Made by a program: the position numbers and the translations under genes. A stretch of 63,982 bases of DNA, filler included, from Octopus bimaculoides (taxonomy: Eukaryota): NCBI RefSeq assembly GCF_001194135.2. It is 5 parts of 5 records of this genome, joined end to end, with 100 filler letters (N's around TTAATTAATTAA, not from the genome) between each part and the next. Parts side by side here need not be neighbours in the genome. Positions count along the whole stretch, not along the records: positions 20,253 to 47,031 come from NC_069000.1; positions 47,132 to 58,177 come from NC_069001.1; 3 more parts are not named here. One strand, written 5' to 3'. How positions within the stretch are numbered: the first letter of the stretch is position 1; the number at the start of each line of letters is the position of its first letter. Below the pieces are notes generated by a model. The model did not search any database, was not told the origin of the DNA, and saw nothing but the letters and a program-made list of their open reading frames with translations. Below are positions 40,066-52,334 of the stretch, piece by piece.

Positions 40066-43000
40066 CAAAAAGGACGCTAGGTAACGTAATCCTAGATACC
40101 CTGTGGTCATAAAATTGTACAGGGCTGACCTGGAAATGAACAAACGACCATGATTTGTAATAACTTTTTAAGAGCCAGAGGGAACCTCTGTGTAGTCACC
40201 CTGATGTGGTAAAAATAGCAGCCATGTCTTCCTCAAATATCGCCTTTTTGTCTTTGAGAAAACAAAAAGCGAATACACTGGTTTATGTAGTCTCTGGTAT
40301 ATGCAAAAATGTTGGGAAGGCCATGGAAGGAATTTTGTTTTTACTTTTTTATTATTTTAATTTTTTTGTCATGTTAGCTCGATCAGCCAGTTATATGAAA
40401 TGAAGTTTTGTTTAGTTCGCAGCTTTTTGATTTTATTGTTTAACGTGGTTTTCAGTTATAAGGTGTCTATAAAATTACCGGAGCCCCCACCCCACGAATA
40501 TAGGGGTTTAATCAGAGCCGTCTTAGCAGCAGTATCCACCCCCACCCCCTGGGCAAATAAATCATTGTACTGAGCCCGACAGTGTTTAACAGTAAACCAT
40601 AGCATACATAGATCAGAATTGGGCCCCTGGGTGTCCATGCCTTAAGACAGACCCGGCACTAATGCCAATCTATGCACGTTATGATTGTATAGAAAGGGAT
40701 CTTGGTGCATTAATCTATCACACGGGGTTGGGGCTGAGTAATGTATTAACGCTGCTAAATACCCAACTATAATATACAGACTAATGCACAGGGCCGCTAA
40801 AGTACACAACTGTACATTTTATTGCAGTGGGTGGGCCCTGTATTCCAAACATGACTATGCCGACATTTTAGAGCAGTGTTTGTGAACTTTGGTGTTATTT
40901 AAATGAAATTCCCTGCAGACCCCAGGTTTTTCAAAGGTCTAACAAAAAAACTCCAAACTCAGCTCACGGATCCAAGTATTCATCTTTATATGAGTCCCTC
41001 CAAGTATCTGGTGGACCCCAGATTGGGAGGACTCCTGTTTTAGGGGTGTACAAGACAACGTTGCTTAATGTGTCCCTAACTTTCCCAAGATGGTAGGCCG
41101 TGATTTCAGAAAGATTTGGCTGTTATTTCTAGTAAGTTCCGGTTGTTAGTCAATCCTAATCGTGGAACTCATTCCCGCCCTTACCATCCTGTCTTTCTAA
41201 TAGCATTCAACTACATTATTAAATATGTATATTTTTGACAAGATGTTAGACTTATTTAAGAAAAAGAGATTTGGCTGCTATTTCTACAGGTCGAGTGGCC
41301 TGGTAGGGAGGCTGGCTTGTGCGATGGCGGTGGCGACGGTTTACGTGATTGTGATAATGTTGTTGTTGCTGTGGCAGTGGTTTTGGTGGTGGTGGTGGGT
41401 GCTGTTGGTTGTAGTGATTGTTATTTAATCTCAGACCAACCACCAAGTCCGATCCGTCTGACCAACGACAAGACTAACTATGATCGGGCGTAATTTACAG
41501 GGAGAGTATTGACTGCTATTTCTAGGTGTGAGGCCGCGGCGTAGAGGTTCCCTCGTTGGTTCAAGTTGCCATTTAACTCCAGGTCAGACTATAAAAATAG
41601 CAGTCAAATCTTCCTAAGACGCGATGCTTTTAATATTGATTTCAAATTTTGGCACAAGGCCAGCAATTTCGAGAGAGATAGAGAGAGAGGCTAAGTCGAT
41701 TACATCGATACCCCAATGATGAACTGGTTCTTGCTTTAGCGGCATTCCATTCGTCTTTATGTTCTGAGTTCAAATTCCGCCGATGTCGACTTTGCCTTTC
41801 ATCCTTTCGGGGTCGATAAAAATAAGTAACAGTCGAACATTGAGATCGATGTGACTGACTTATCCACCACCAAAAAAAAAAAGAGAAAAGATAATCAAGC
41901 TATGTATTTATCTAACCCGCATTTTACCTTTTGCGTAATTTAAGGGACATCAGCTGTTATTTCTAGCAGATCGAGCGACCACTAGAGAACTCTTCGTCGA
42001 CTCATGGAAAGCATGAACGACTTCACTTCTTGTTTTATTTTGTTTTTTGGTTGATATTTTTTTTTACATTTCTTTAAATAAAAACTACAAGTTTAGCTTA
42101 AAACACCGCGGTACTGTAAAGGCATGAATGACAATGCATCTCATCGCTAAATATTGATAATTCCAACCCTTCCAAAGAGGAGACACCATGTGGTCGCTCA
42201 GCTTTCTAGAAACAGGAACTAAATCTCTCTCTCTCTAATGTATATCCTTGAAAAAGGTTGTGGGGTCACATTGGGTCATGTAGTCTTAGATAGACAAAGC
42301 GTAAGAGAAGGACGTGATAGATGGTCGTGGTTGGAAGTTCTTTGATCATAGATATGCTCGATCAGGGCTGACCTGGGGTTAAACAGTGACAACAATGGCT
42401 ACTACAGAAATTACTGCTGACTTTTTGTTTGTTAATTCTACTGTAACCACCACCACCACCACCATCACTCCCACTACCACTGCAATTAATACTACTACTA
42501 GTAAAGCAACCATTACGACCACTACTACTACTACCACCACCACCACCACCACAACAACTACTATTGCTGCTGTTTTTTACTAGTACAGTTGTTACTAATA
42601 CTACTTTACTGCCACCACCACCACCACTGCTACTACTACTACTACTACTAATGCTGCTGCTGCTACTCCAAGTAACTCATTAAGTACTTTTTCCCTTCTG
42701 AAAAACAAAGCTGTTATACAAGAGCACCGGGAGTGGTACAAACTACTGTTGTTGTTGTACACTTTTCTGGTATTGTGTGAGAAACCTTAGAAGCAAATTA
42801 ACAGAATTGTTAGAATGTTAGGCAAAAAATGCAGTCTGTGTTGCAGTTCCTTCTATTCCCAGCTCACACCCAAACCCTGTCTAAAACAGTTTTGCCAGTC
42901 AACCCTTCCAGGGACTGATAAATTGATCCCAGTACTTTATTTTGTAATGTGCAGAAGGCCCCTGAAATTTGGGGGAGAAGCTGGTTGATATCATCGACCT

Positions 43001-43390
43001 CCACCCCCACCCCCAGTGCTCAATTGGTGCTTATTTAATTGACCCCAAAAGGATGAAAGGCAAAGTTGACCACAGCAGAATTTGAACTCAGAACATTCTG
43101 GCTCTCAGTTGGTTTGTAATTAACATGTAAGTGTCCTGGGCACTCCAAAGACACGCATACCTCTTAATGTAGTTCTAGGGAGATTCAGCATGACACAAGG
43201 CTGTCTCTTTGAAATGCATAGGTGCAACTCATCTTTGCCAGCTGACTGAACTGGGGGAATGTGGAATAAAGTGTCTTGTTCAAGGACACAACACACCACC
43301 AGGAATCGAACACACAGCCTTATGCTTGTAAACTGAATGCTCGAACCACAGAGCCATTTGCCTCGGAACTTGAACAAGGATAAAACCCCA

Positions 43391-43620
43391 TTAATCCTTT
43401 TGTTAGCATATTTCTGTTGAGATGCTCTGTGTTTCTTTCAATTAATTTTAAATATAACAAAGAATTTAGTAAAATAACTTTGTTATCATTAAGTGATTGT
43501 TAGGAACATAAATTGTGACTAAGGTTTGGTGGAAGATTTTAATTCAGAACTTTTGAAAACAAGACATTTGTATTACAGAGCCAGAACCGGTTTCAGCCAG
43601 GTTGGTAACGAAAGGGTTAA
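43391..43620. mobile_element. piggyBac-like MITE, second family
   Basis: TTAA-TCCTTTTGTTAGCA ... TGGTAACGAAAGGG-TTAA. Related sequence lies at about 50900-51950 in a COP1 intron. Confidence 0.7.
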
Positions 43621-44030
43621 GCAATTTGTCCAGCAAGGTGCTTCTACCATTTGTCACTGTCACCTTACTTTATTTTGTAATCACATTAATGGTTTCAGAT
43701 TTCAGCCTCAAGGCCAGAAATTTTGAGGGGATGGGTTAGTCGGTACCACCAACCCTTAGTATTTGACCAGTACTTATCTTATTGACCTTGAAAGGATGCA
43801 AGGCAAAGTTGACCTCACCAAGATATGAACTCAGATTATAAAGGTCCTGAACAAAAACTGCAAAGCATTTTCCTGATATGAGATCACCATGTCATGCACA
43901 TATGGTTGTGATGCATGTGCCTGGTGTACCCTTATCAGACGAGTAGTCAGGATGGGTATACTGGGCTTCACATACTTCACCCCAGTGTCACTTTGATGAC
44001 ATGCACTGACTGCTCTCTCACTCAATAATC

Positions 44031-44169
44031 ATCATCATCGTTTAACGTCCGCTTTCCATGCTAGCATGGGTTGGACGATTTGACTGAGGACTGGTGAAAC
44101 CGGATGGCAACACCAGGCTCCAATCTAAATTTGGCAGAGTTTCTACAGCTGGATGCCCTTCCTAACGCC

Positions 44170-44170
<1 letters not shown>
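44031..44170 (-). mobile_element. Family C retroposon 3' end
   Basis: (CAT)n-CGTTTAACGTCCGCTTTCCATGCTAGCATGGGTTGGACG..., near-identical to 55823 and 57925. Confidence 0.9.
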
Positions 44171-44201
<31 letters not shown>

Positions 44202-45262
44202 GTTATGGGAATCATGACTACAAAAGTCAACATTAGCATGATTGATCTTAGAACATAGGAAAATGGAACTAAATACCATTCACAGTATTTCTTTTACCAA
44301 TTTTGCTGCTCCAGTCTTTTTCTTANNNNNNNNNNNNNNNNNNNNNNNNNNNNNNNNNNNNNNNNNNNNNNNNNNNNNNNNNNNNNNNNNNNNNNNNNNN
44401 NNNNNNNNNNNNNNNNNNNNNNNNNNNNNNNNNNNNNNNNNNNNNNNNNNNNNNNNNNNNNNNNNNNNNNNNNNNNNNNNNNNNNNNNNNNNNNNNNNNN
44501 NNNNNNNNNNNNNNNNNNNNNNNNNNNNNNNNNNNNNNNNNNNNNNNNNNNNNNNNNNNNNNNNNNNNNNNNNNNNNNNNNNNNNNNNNNNNNNNNNNNN
44601 NNNNNNNNNNNNNNNNNNNNNNNNNNNNNNNNNNNNNNNNNNNNNNNNNNNNNNNNNNNNNNNNNNNNNNNNNNNNNNNNNNNNCACCACCACCACCACC
44701 ACCACCACCACCTTTTGGTAATCCTTCTTCGAATCATAACAAGTCTTTGATACAGGCTGGAACTGAATGGTTATTGTTGATGTGTAGTTCGTCTGTCAGT
44801 CAGCCTTGAAGGGATGAATCTAGGGGGATCAGTTGTGAGGTAAATCCTTCTTCCTCGTCCTCTTCCTCCATACACATACATTCACACATTCTCAGAAACA
44901 CACTCATATACATTCATACACACACACACTCTTTATCCATCTCAAAAGAATACTTTTCTGTTACAGAAGGTGACTTCAACACTCCAAACTCTAGAAAAGT
45001 CTCTTACTTACCCCACCCCCACCATCAACAGCCAAATAACACTGACCAGTTGAAAAATTGAATAAAAGCCCCACACTTAAATACTTTTGAAAGGTTTCAG
45101 ACCCTTGACTTAAAAGTTCATATCTCACATCCTTATCCCCTTGTTTGGTTTTTTCTCTTTTTATTCCCCATTTTTTGTCCCTTTAAATTTTCTGGGATTT
45201 TCTGAAAAAAAATCTGAAGAAATGAGTAATTCTTTCTTAAAAATCAAGAAATATCAACAATA

Positions 45263-46570
45263 ATGACTGCCCTTACTGCATCCGTATCAACTTTGGCTAA
45301 ACCCGCCACAGAACAGCCCTTTATGTGCACAGAGTGTGGCAAGTGCTTCAGCCATTCGTCCAGCCTTTACAGACATAAGCGTAGTCATTCCACAACCTGT
45401 CCTTACACCTGCAACTGCTGCAATAAGACTTTCAGCCATGGTTCTAACTTACTCAAACATTTAGAAACTCATGTGTTATCAAAAAAAACGGAAAACCATA
45501 ATGGATCACATCTACAGCCCTTGACATCTGAATTTGTCAATAAAATCGATCGTCAGTCAATCAACTGCAATATCTGTGACAAGTCTTTTGCTCACACCTC
45601 AAGTCTTTCCCGACATGTGAAGTGCCACTCTGGTCTCAGGCCGTATACATGTACGGTGTGTGAGAAAAGCTTCTCCACAGCTGCAAACTTGCGTATTCAT
45701 TCAAGAGTACATTCTGGCGAAAAGCCATTCTCGTGTCAAGTGTGCTTGAGGGCGTTTGCCCATTCTTCGACCTTGTCGAAACATGTTCGTTCCAAGCACA
45801 CGTCTGGTTTGAAACCCTACATGTGTAATCAATGTGACAAAACATTTTCAATGCCATCGAACTTAACATCTCACCTCAAGACACATTCTGGGGAAAAACC
45901 GCATATGTGTGTCGTGTGCAATAAATCTTTCTCCCATTCTTCCACACTCTCTCAACACCTGAGAGTTCATTCTGGAGAGAAGCCATACAGATGCCGAATA
46001 TGTGCGAAAGCATTTTCACACTCTTCCACCAGGTGGAAGCACATGAGGACACACTCAACAGAACGACCTTACACATGTGATTTTTGTGATAAAAGCTTTT
46101 CGGCGATGGCCAACCTGACAGCCCACATGCGTGTGCACTCTGGAGAGAAGCCCTTCAAATGCCCGATTTGTGAGAAGACGTTCTCTCATTCTTCAACGTT
46201 ATGGAAACATAGTCGAGTTCACTCAGGCGAGAAACCATTCCAGTGCGATATCTGTTCTCGTAGTTTTGCTCTGTCGTCAACATTAACCCGGCACATACGA
46301 ACCCATACTGGTGAGAAGCCGTTTCTGTGTTCAATCTGCGACAAGAGGTTTGCCCAGGCTTCCAACTTGGCACTCCACATGCGAAAGCATTCGGGAGAGA
46401 AACCGTTTGAGTGTCCCCTCTGCTGCAAGACGTTTTCTGTCTCATCTAATCTCCAATCGCATTTGAGGACGCACTCAGGAGAGAGGCCCTTCCAGTGCCG
46501 ATATTGCTTCAAAACTTTCACACATTCTTCCACTTTGTCCAAACATGTCCGAGCGTTACATTCTTCTTGA
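45263..46570 (+). CDS. Single-exon C2H2 zinc-finger protein, 435 aa, 14 fingers
   Basis: Fourteen CxxC-x12-Hx3-4H motifs, mostly with SGEKPF/Y-type linkers. Intact ORF ending in TGA at 46568-46570. No N-terminal effector domain is visible; an additional upstream exon cannot be excluded. Confidence 0.95.
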   Translation: MTALTASVSTLAKPATEQPFMCTECGKCFSHSSSLYRHKRSHSTTCPYTCNCCNKTFSHGSNLLKHLETHVLSKKTENHNGSHLQPLTSEFVNKIDRQSINCNICDKSFAHTSSLSRHVKCHSGLRPYTCTVCEKSFSTAANLRIHSRVHSGEKPFSCQVCLRAFAHSSTLSKHVRSKHTSGLKPYMCNQCDKTFSMPSNLTSHLKTHSGEKPHMCVVCNKSFSHSSTLSQHLRVHSGEKPYRCRICAKAFSHSSTRWKHMRTHSTERPYTCDFCDKSFSAMANLTAHMRVHSGEKPFKCPICEKTFSHSSTLWKHSRVHSGEKPFQCDICSRSFALSSTLTRHIRTHTGEKPFLCSICDKRFAQASNLALHMRKHSGEKPFECPLCCKTFSVSSNLQSHLRTHSGERPFQCRYCFKTFTHSSTLSKHVRALHSS

Positions 46571-47031
46571 AAGGATCGGCAAAACAAACTCACTTCCTAC
46601 ACACACTTATATATATATATGTTCATAGCTATACATACACCTGTGATTCCTGCCACCCCCTTGGCACCCAAGCAACATTCCTAGTGCCCCTCCCTACTCA
46701 CCACCACAAACATGGACCACTTTTTGCAGCAAATCCAAAACAACTGTAATTCACAGATAAAACTAAACCTAATTAACCCATTCTCTTGTTGTTTTTACAT
46801 CCGTCAGCCCCTTTTGCGCTCTACTTTTCTTCAACACCCCACTGAATCTTTCCACCGCCCCAAAGGGGACAGTACCCCACCCCACTCTGGGAACCGCTGA
46901 CATACACATTTGTATATGCTGCCACACTACATACGCTCAACAAAAATGTCTTTATCTCACCGTAAAACTTTTTATTGTTAAACAAGACTCTTAACTCTTC
47001 TTGCCCAGCAAAGAAATAATGTCAAACAATA

Positions 47032-47131
47032 NNNNNNNNNNNNNNNNNNNNNNNNNNNNNNNNNNNNNNNNNNNNTTAATTAATTAANNNNNNNNNNNNN
47101 NNNNNNNNNNNNNNNNNNNNNNNNNNNNNNN
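47032..47131. other. Artificial scaffold join, N44-TTAATTAATTAA-N44
   Basis: Linker at 47076-47087 flanked by 44 N on each side. Confidence 0.9.
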
Positions 47132-47563
47132 ATATATATATATATATATATATAGTGAAGTATATTTGCCACTTAAATGTGGCTGACCCCGAGGGGTGGA
47201 TGTTACTGTTGCTTTTAGCCCCAGGAGGACATCTCCTCCAGCTGGCTATCGACACACATCTGTGTCCTGTCTGTATTTGCCAAGGGAAGTTATCTTTCCC
47301 ATCTTGATCTACGATAGGTACGTACTCGAGTTTCAGGGTTATATCCCTTCTTCGGCGTATATGTGTGTGTGTGTTTGTGTGTCGACATACATATATATAA
47401 GTATGTATGTTCCTCTCATGTCAGTCAGTTCTTACATGAACACCTACTTAAATGAACACCTATTCATATATATATGAATTTAGGTTACAATATATAGATT
47501 CAACAAATCCGGTGGTACTCATAAAAAAACTCTTTTATATATCATTCTACAAAATTTCTTGGC

Positions 47564-47594
<31 letters not shown>

Positions 47595-47964
47595 TGTATG
47601 TATGTNNNNNNNNNNNNNNNNNNNNNNNNNNNNNNNNNNNNNNNNNNNNNNNNNNNNNNNNNNNNNNNNNNNNNNNNNNNNNNNNNNNNNNNNNNNNNNN
47701 NNNNNTGGAGACCATTTGAAATACACTTTGCATTGATTTGCAATATCAACATTATCCAAACAATAGTCATAAAATAGTAAAAACTAGCAGATTTTTACAA
47801 AAAATGGCTAAAAACGCCAATGTCAAAAGCAAGTAAAGTAGACGTGATGGGTAAAAATGGTTGTGATTTTCAGAATCAGCATGCTCAATATGATATATTT
47901 CACCTAAAATAGACCCAAGAAGAGTGCAAAAGTCTTTTTGTTGTTGACCAGTGTAATAGATCCT

Positions 47965-48178
47965 TCTACTAATGCACAAGGCCTGATTTTTTGCGTGTTA
48001 GGAGGCTAATCAATTACTTTCACCCCAGTGCATAACTGGTACTTATTTCATCAACCCCAAAAGGATGAAAAACAAAGTCAACCTTGGTGGAATATGAACT
48101 CGGAATGTAAAGACAGACAAAAAGCCGCTAAGCATTTCGTCCAGCATGCTAACGATTCTGCCAGCTTGCCTTGCCACC

Positions 48179-48242
<64 letters not shown>

Positions 48243-48258
48243 TAACAATAACAATAAC

Positions 48259-48293
<35 letters not shown>

Positions 48294-48297
48294 TAAC

Positions 48298-48329
<32 letters not shown>

Positions 48330-49010
48330 NNNNNNNNNNNNNNNNNNNNNNNNNNNNNNNNNNNNNNNNNNNNNNNNNNNNNNNNNNNNNNNNNNNNNNN
48401 NNNNNNNNNNNNNNNNNNNNNNNNNNNNNNNNNNNNNNNNNNNNNNNNNNNNNNNNNNNNNNNNNNNNNNNNNNNNNNNNNNNNNNNNNNNNNNNNNNNN
48501 NNNNNNNNNNNNNNNNNNNNNNNNNNNNNNNNNNNNNNNNNNNNNNNTCCTTTCTAGTGGAAGCACAAGGCCTCAAATTTGTGGGAAGCGATTAAGTTGA
48601 TTACATCGATCACAGTGCATAACTGGTACTTATTTAATCGACCCTGAAAGGATGAAAGGCAAAGTTGACCTTGGTGGAATTTGAACTCAGAACGTAGTGG
48701 CAGACAAAATACCTCTAATCATTTCGCCCGACGTGCTAACGATTCTGCCACATCGGCACCATCAATAATAATAATAATAATAATAATAATAATCCTTTCT
48801 AGTGGAAGCACAAGGCCTCAAATTTGTGGGAAGCGATTAAGTTGATTACATCGATCACAGTGCATAACTGGTACTTATTTAATCGACCCTGAAAGAATGA
48901 AAGGCAAAGTTGACCTTGGCAGAATTTGAACTCAGAATGTAGTGGCAGATGAAATACCTCTAATCATTTAACACAACATACTAACGATTCTGCCAGCTCG
49001 GCGCCATCAA
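47965..49010 (-). mobile_element. Three head-to-tail SINE family B copies separated by (AAT)n
   Basis: Copies at about 47965-48175, 48548-48765 and 48792-49008. Confidence 0.85.
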
Positions 49011-49217
49011 TAATAATAATAATAGTAATAATAATAATAATAACAATAATAATAACTCTAGAACAACACTATGTACAAATCCAAATATATGGTACCCTAG
49101 GCATAACACCTACATGAACTTCTAACTTGTTGTCTCTTGAGGTCTCTGGGTGAGACTTGGATCCAACTTGTACAAATGCAAAGCAAAAGTCAAACATAAA
49201 ATAATAATAATCCCTAC

Positions 49218-49342
49218 CACATGCCACATAGTCGCCATCAGTAGCAAGTCCGACAAAGTTCTTTTCATTGATGTGTCCCTTAAATGTACGGAGGCAGTTA
49301 ATTTTATTGACATTCCACAATTTCAGTTGGCTATCTGTTGAC
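49218..49342 (-). CDS. COP1: COP1 WD40 exon (125 nt): (A)[41 protein letters not shown](G)
   Basis: Acceptor TTTGTAG (AG at 49344-49343) and donor GTAGGG at 49217. Phase matches the upstream exon. Close match to vertebrate COP1 [11 protein letters not shown]...[12 protein letters not shown]. Confidence 0.95.
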
Positions 49343-50635
49343 CTACAAATAAAAAAACAAAACACAATCAAACATCATTATGATCTACATGATCTGCCAA
49401 CCCCATCCCCGACAAACCGTTGTTACAACAACAACAATTTTACTACCACTGGCATGGAACAGTCAAATAGATGTAGGGGGAGAGGATAAGACAGAGAAGA
49501 AGAGAACAGTTGATATTATAATTGGTGCCGCATAAAATGCACTCATGCTGTGCACTTGTTCTGGTACCAAGCAAAATGCATTTGCACTAGTGCCATGTAA
49601 AATGCACTTGTGCTGGTGCCAGATAAAATGCACTTATGCCAGAGCCACATAAAAAGCACCCAGCACACACTGTAAAGTGGTTGTCATTAGGAAGGGCATC
49701 CAACTAGAGAAACCATACCAAAACAGACAATCGGTGCCTGAACAGCTCTTCAGCTGGCCAGCTCCTGTTAACCCATCAAACCCATGCCAGCATGGAAAAC
49801 AGATGTTAAACAATGATGATGATGATGACAAATCCCTCCCATAAATGATTGACTTTGTTTTATCTACACCATCACCACTACCACTATGACAAGCCGAAAA
49901 TTTTGAAATGCCAAAGTCAACTTTGGTATTATCCAAATTCAGAATGTAAAGAAATATAGAACTAATCATATTAAATTGTACTACAAATTAGACAGAGTTT
50001 GCTCAACACCCACCTCTTACAAAATTGTGATCCAAACTTCATCATCATCATAATCTTCATTTAACATCTGTCTTCCATACTAGCACGGATTGGACAGTTC
50101 AGCAGGAGCTGGTTAGCCAGAGGATTGGACCAAGCTACATTGTTTGGTTTTGGCATGGTTTTTATATGGCTGGATGCTCTTCTTAATGCCAACCACTTTC
50201 CAGAATGTACTGGGTGCCTCTTTTTTCTTTCCATGGAACCAGCCATAGAAACCCTGCCCGAACAGACAATGGAGCCTGGTACAGCTCCTGTCAAACCGTC
50301 CAACCCATGCTAGCATAGAAAACAAGATGATGCACTGTACAGTTTAACAGCATCACAATTACAGCTACGTTAACCCTTAAAGTCTTGTTGGATACTAAGT
50401 TAAAAGTCCAGTATTGTAATGATTTTGTTATACAACAGAAATGAATGATAGAAAGGATTTGAGTTTTCTATTTAAATTAAAGAGCATCTTACTTCCTTCA
50501 AAATGAATGTAAATAAGGTTAATATGATTTGTGTGGTATGCATTTTAGGACTGACTGATTGATTGATGCAGTCTCATGTGGTATTTATTCAAACAGGAAG
50601 TTAAGGATTAAGGAAGTAAACAAATATCTACTTAC

Positions 50636-50753
50636 GCTGATACTAAATCTTCGGGATTAAGGAACTTGGCATAAGACACGGCCTTTCTGTGTCCTCTAAA
50701 AACAGATAATGCTTGTTTTGTATTCCTGAGATCGTAATAGTGGACACAGTGAT
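50636..50753 (-). CDS. COP1: COP1 WD40 exon (118 nt): (D)[38 protein letters not shown](A)
   Basis: Acceptor TCTTTAG and donor GTAAGT; frame continuous with both neighbouring exons. Confidence 0.96.
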
Positions 50754-51971
50754 CTAAAGAAAGAGCAGGAGAAAACACAAAAGAATAATTAGTTTTGGCG
50801 AGCATGTGAGTTAGTGAACATATACGTGTATTTATGCGCAAGTGAACAAATGTGAGTGGGAGGGAGGAGTGAATGAGTAAATATGTGTGTGTGCTGAAAT
50901 ACATTACCATTCTTTCCAATAATTTTGAAAATAGTGAAGAATTCAGTAAGATAATTTTTGTTATTACCAACCCACCTGAGACTGCCACTAGCACTTTTTT
51001 CAAGAGTCCCAAATTAAGATTTCGTATCAGAACTTAGCGTTAATTTATGTTCCAAACAACAGCTTAATAATGACAAAACTATTTTACTAAATTCATTATT
51101 TTCAAAATTAATTGAAGTAAATACACAGTATCTCAACAGAAACATGGTTACAAAAGGGTTAAGATAGTGTTTGGAACAGAAACATGAAGCTTTGATTGAA
51201 ACTTTTAATTTAGATAACTTTAATTCTACTGTTACCATATTTCTATTGGAATACACTACCTATATTACAATTAATTTGAAAAATAATGTAGAATTTAGTA
51301 AAGTAACTGTCATTATTAAGCAAGAAATTTAGACAGTGTCACGTGACAACTTGCTGGGGCAGCCTGCTGGAGCCTAGCAGCAGGTATAAAAAGGGGAATT
51401 TGACAAGGCAATCAGTCGGACACTGACACTAGTTGATGCTGCATCGAAGAGGCCAGGGAATAGAAGAAAGAAGACATGCACCCAACACCAGAGCTGAAGA
51501 CACCTCCGAAAGGGTAGAGGAGTAGGGGCCGAAACCGGACGTGGTTCCTCCTGATGATTCTTGAGCTAACTGGATCCTATAAAGGAGCTGTTGTGGTAGC
51601 AGACCACGAAACATGGTTGAAATTCCTCCTGTATTACAATTAATTTGGAAAATAATGTAGAATTTAGTAAAGTAACTGTCGTTATTAAGCAAGTCTTTGG
51701 AACATTACGCTAAATTTTGAAGGGAGATTAAAATTTAGATCACTTTAATTCTATTGAAATACACTGCCTGTATTTAAATTAATTTGTATTTCAATTAATT
51801 TAGTAAAATAACGGTCTTCATGAAGCTGGTGTTTGGAACACAATATGAAATTCTGATGGAAGGTTTTAATCTAAATCACTTTAAAAATGGAGTTTGTGTC
51901 ATGGAATCAGAGACAATGTCTCAGGGGTTTGGTATCGAAAGAGTTAGGGCAAAAGGTTCATTAATACTCAC

Positions 51972-52088
51972 CAGCAGAGCCATATGCCAAGTGGAATCGA
52001 CTACCAGGATTGAAACGCACACAGCAAACATTGGCTTTTGTTTCTAGGCAGGTCGTAGAGTGGTCTACATTCACTGACCATAGACGGA
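51972..52088 (-). CDS. COP1: COP1 WD40 exon (117 nt): (V)[38 protein letters not shown](D)
   Basis: Acceptor TTTCTCTTAG and donor GTGAGT. Not captured in frame by the ORF track; matches the COP1 KANVCCVKF motif. Confidence 0.95.
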
Positions 52089-52334
52089 CTAAGAGAAACA
52101 AAAAATACAACAGAAAGTGACAGAGGTTTTACAGATATACATACAGACATCTTAGAAGTATATAAACTCAGATGTGATGTAGAAGTGTAGTAATGTTCGT
52201 AGGTGGTGGTGGAACAGATGATATTGGTGAAGGGTGAAGTTGTCAATGTAAGGCAGAATATCCAGACAAACACACTCACACATACATATTTATATGTATA
52301 TTTCTATACATGCAAGAGTACAAGCATATATACA

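Noticed and set aside
44713-44875. Possible terminal COP1 exon or upstream ZNF exon
   Set aside because: No frame on either strand resembles GSENN...FVSAVCW...VLELV; the minus strand gives only a short acidic peptide (MEEEDEEEGFTSQ...) with stops and no clear splice sites.
45636-46749. Antisense ORFs overlapping the ZNF gene
   Set aside because: Shadow frames of a repetitive coding sequence with no independent features.
47965-49010. CRISPR-like or satellite array
   Set aside because: The units are 200-bp SINE copies separated by (AAT)n in a eukaryotic genome; there is no repeat-spacer structure and no cas genes.
46570-49218. ZNF nested in a COP1 intron, or overlapping convergent 3' UTRs
   Set aside because: A synthetic scaffold join at 47032-47131 separates the two genes and no downstream COP1 exon was found, so the relationship cannot be asserted.
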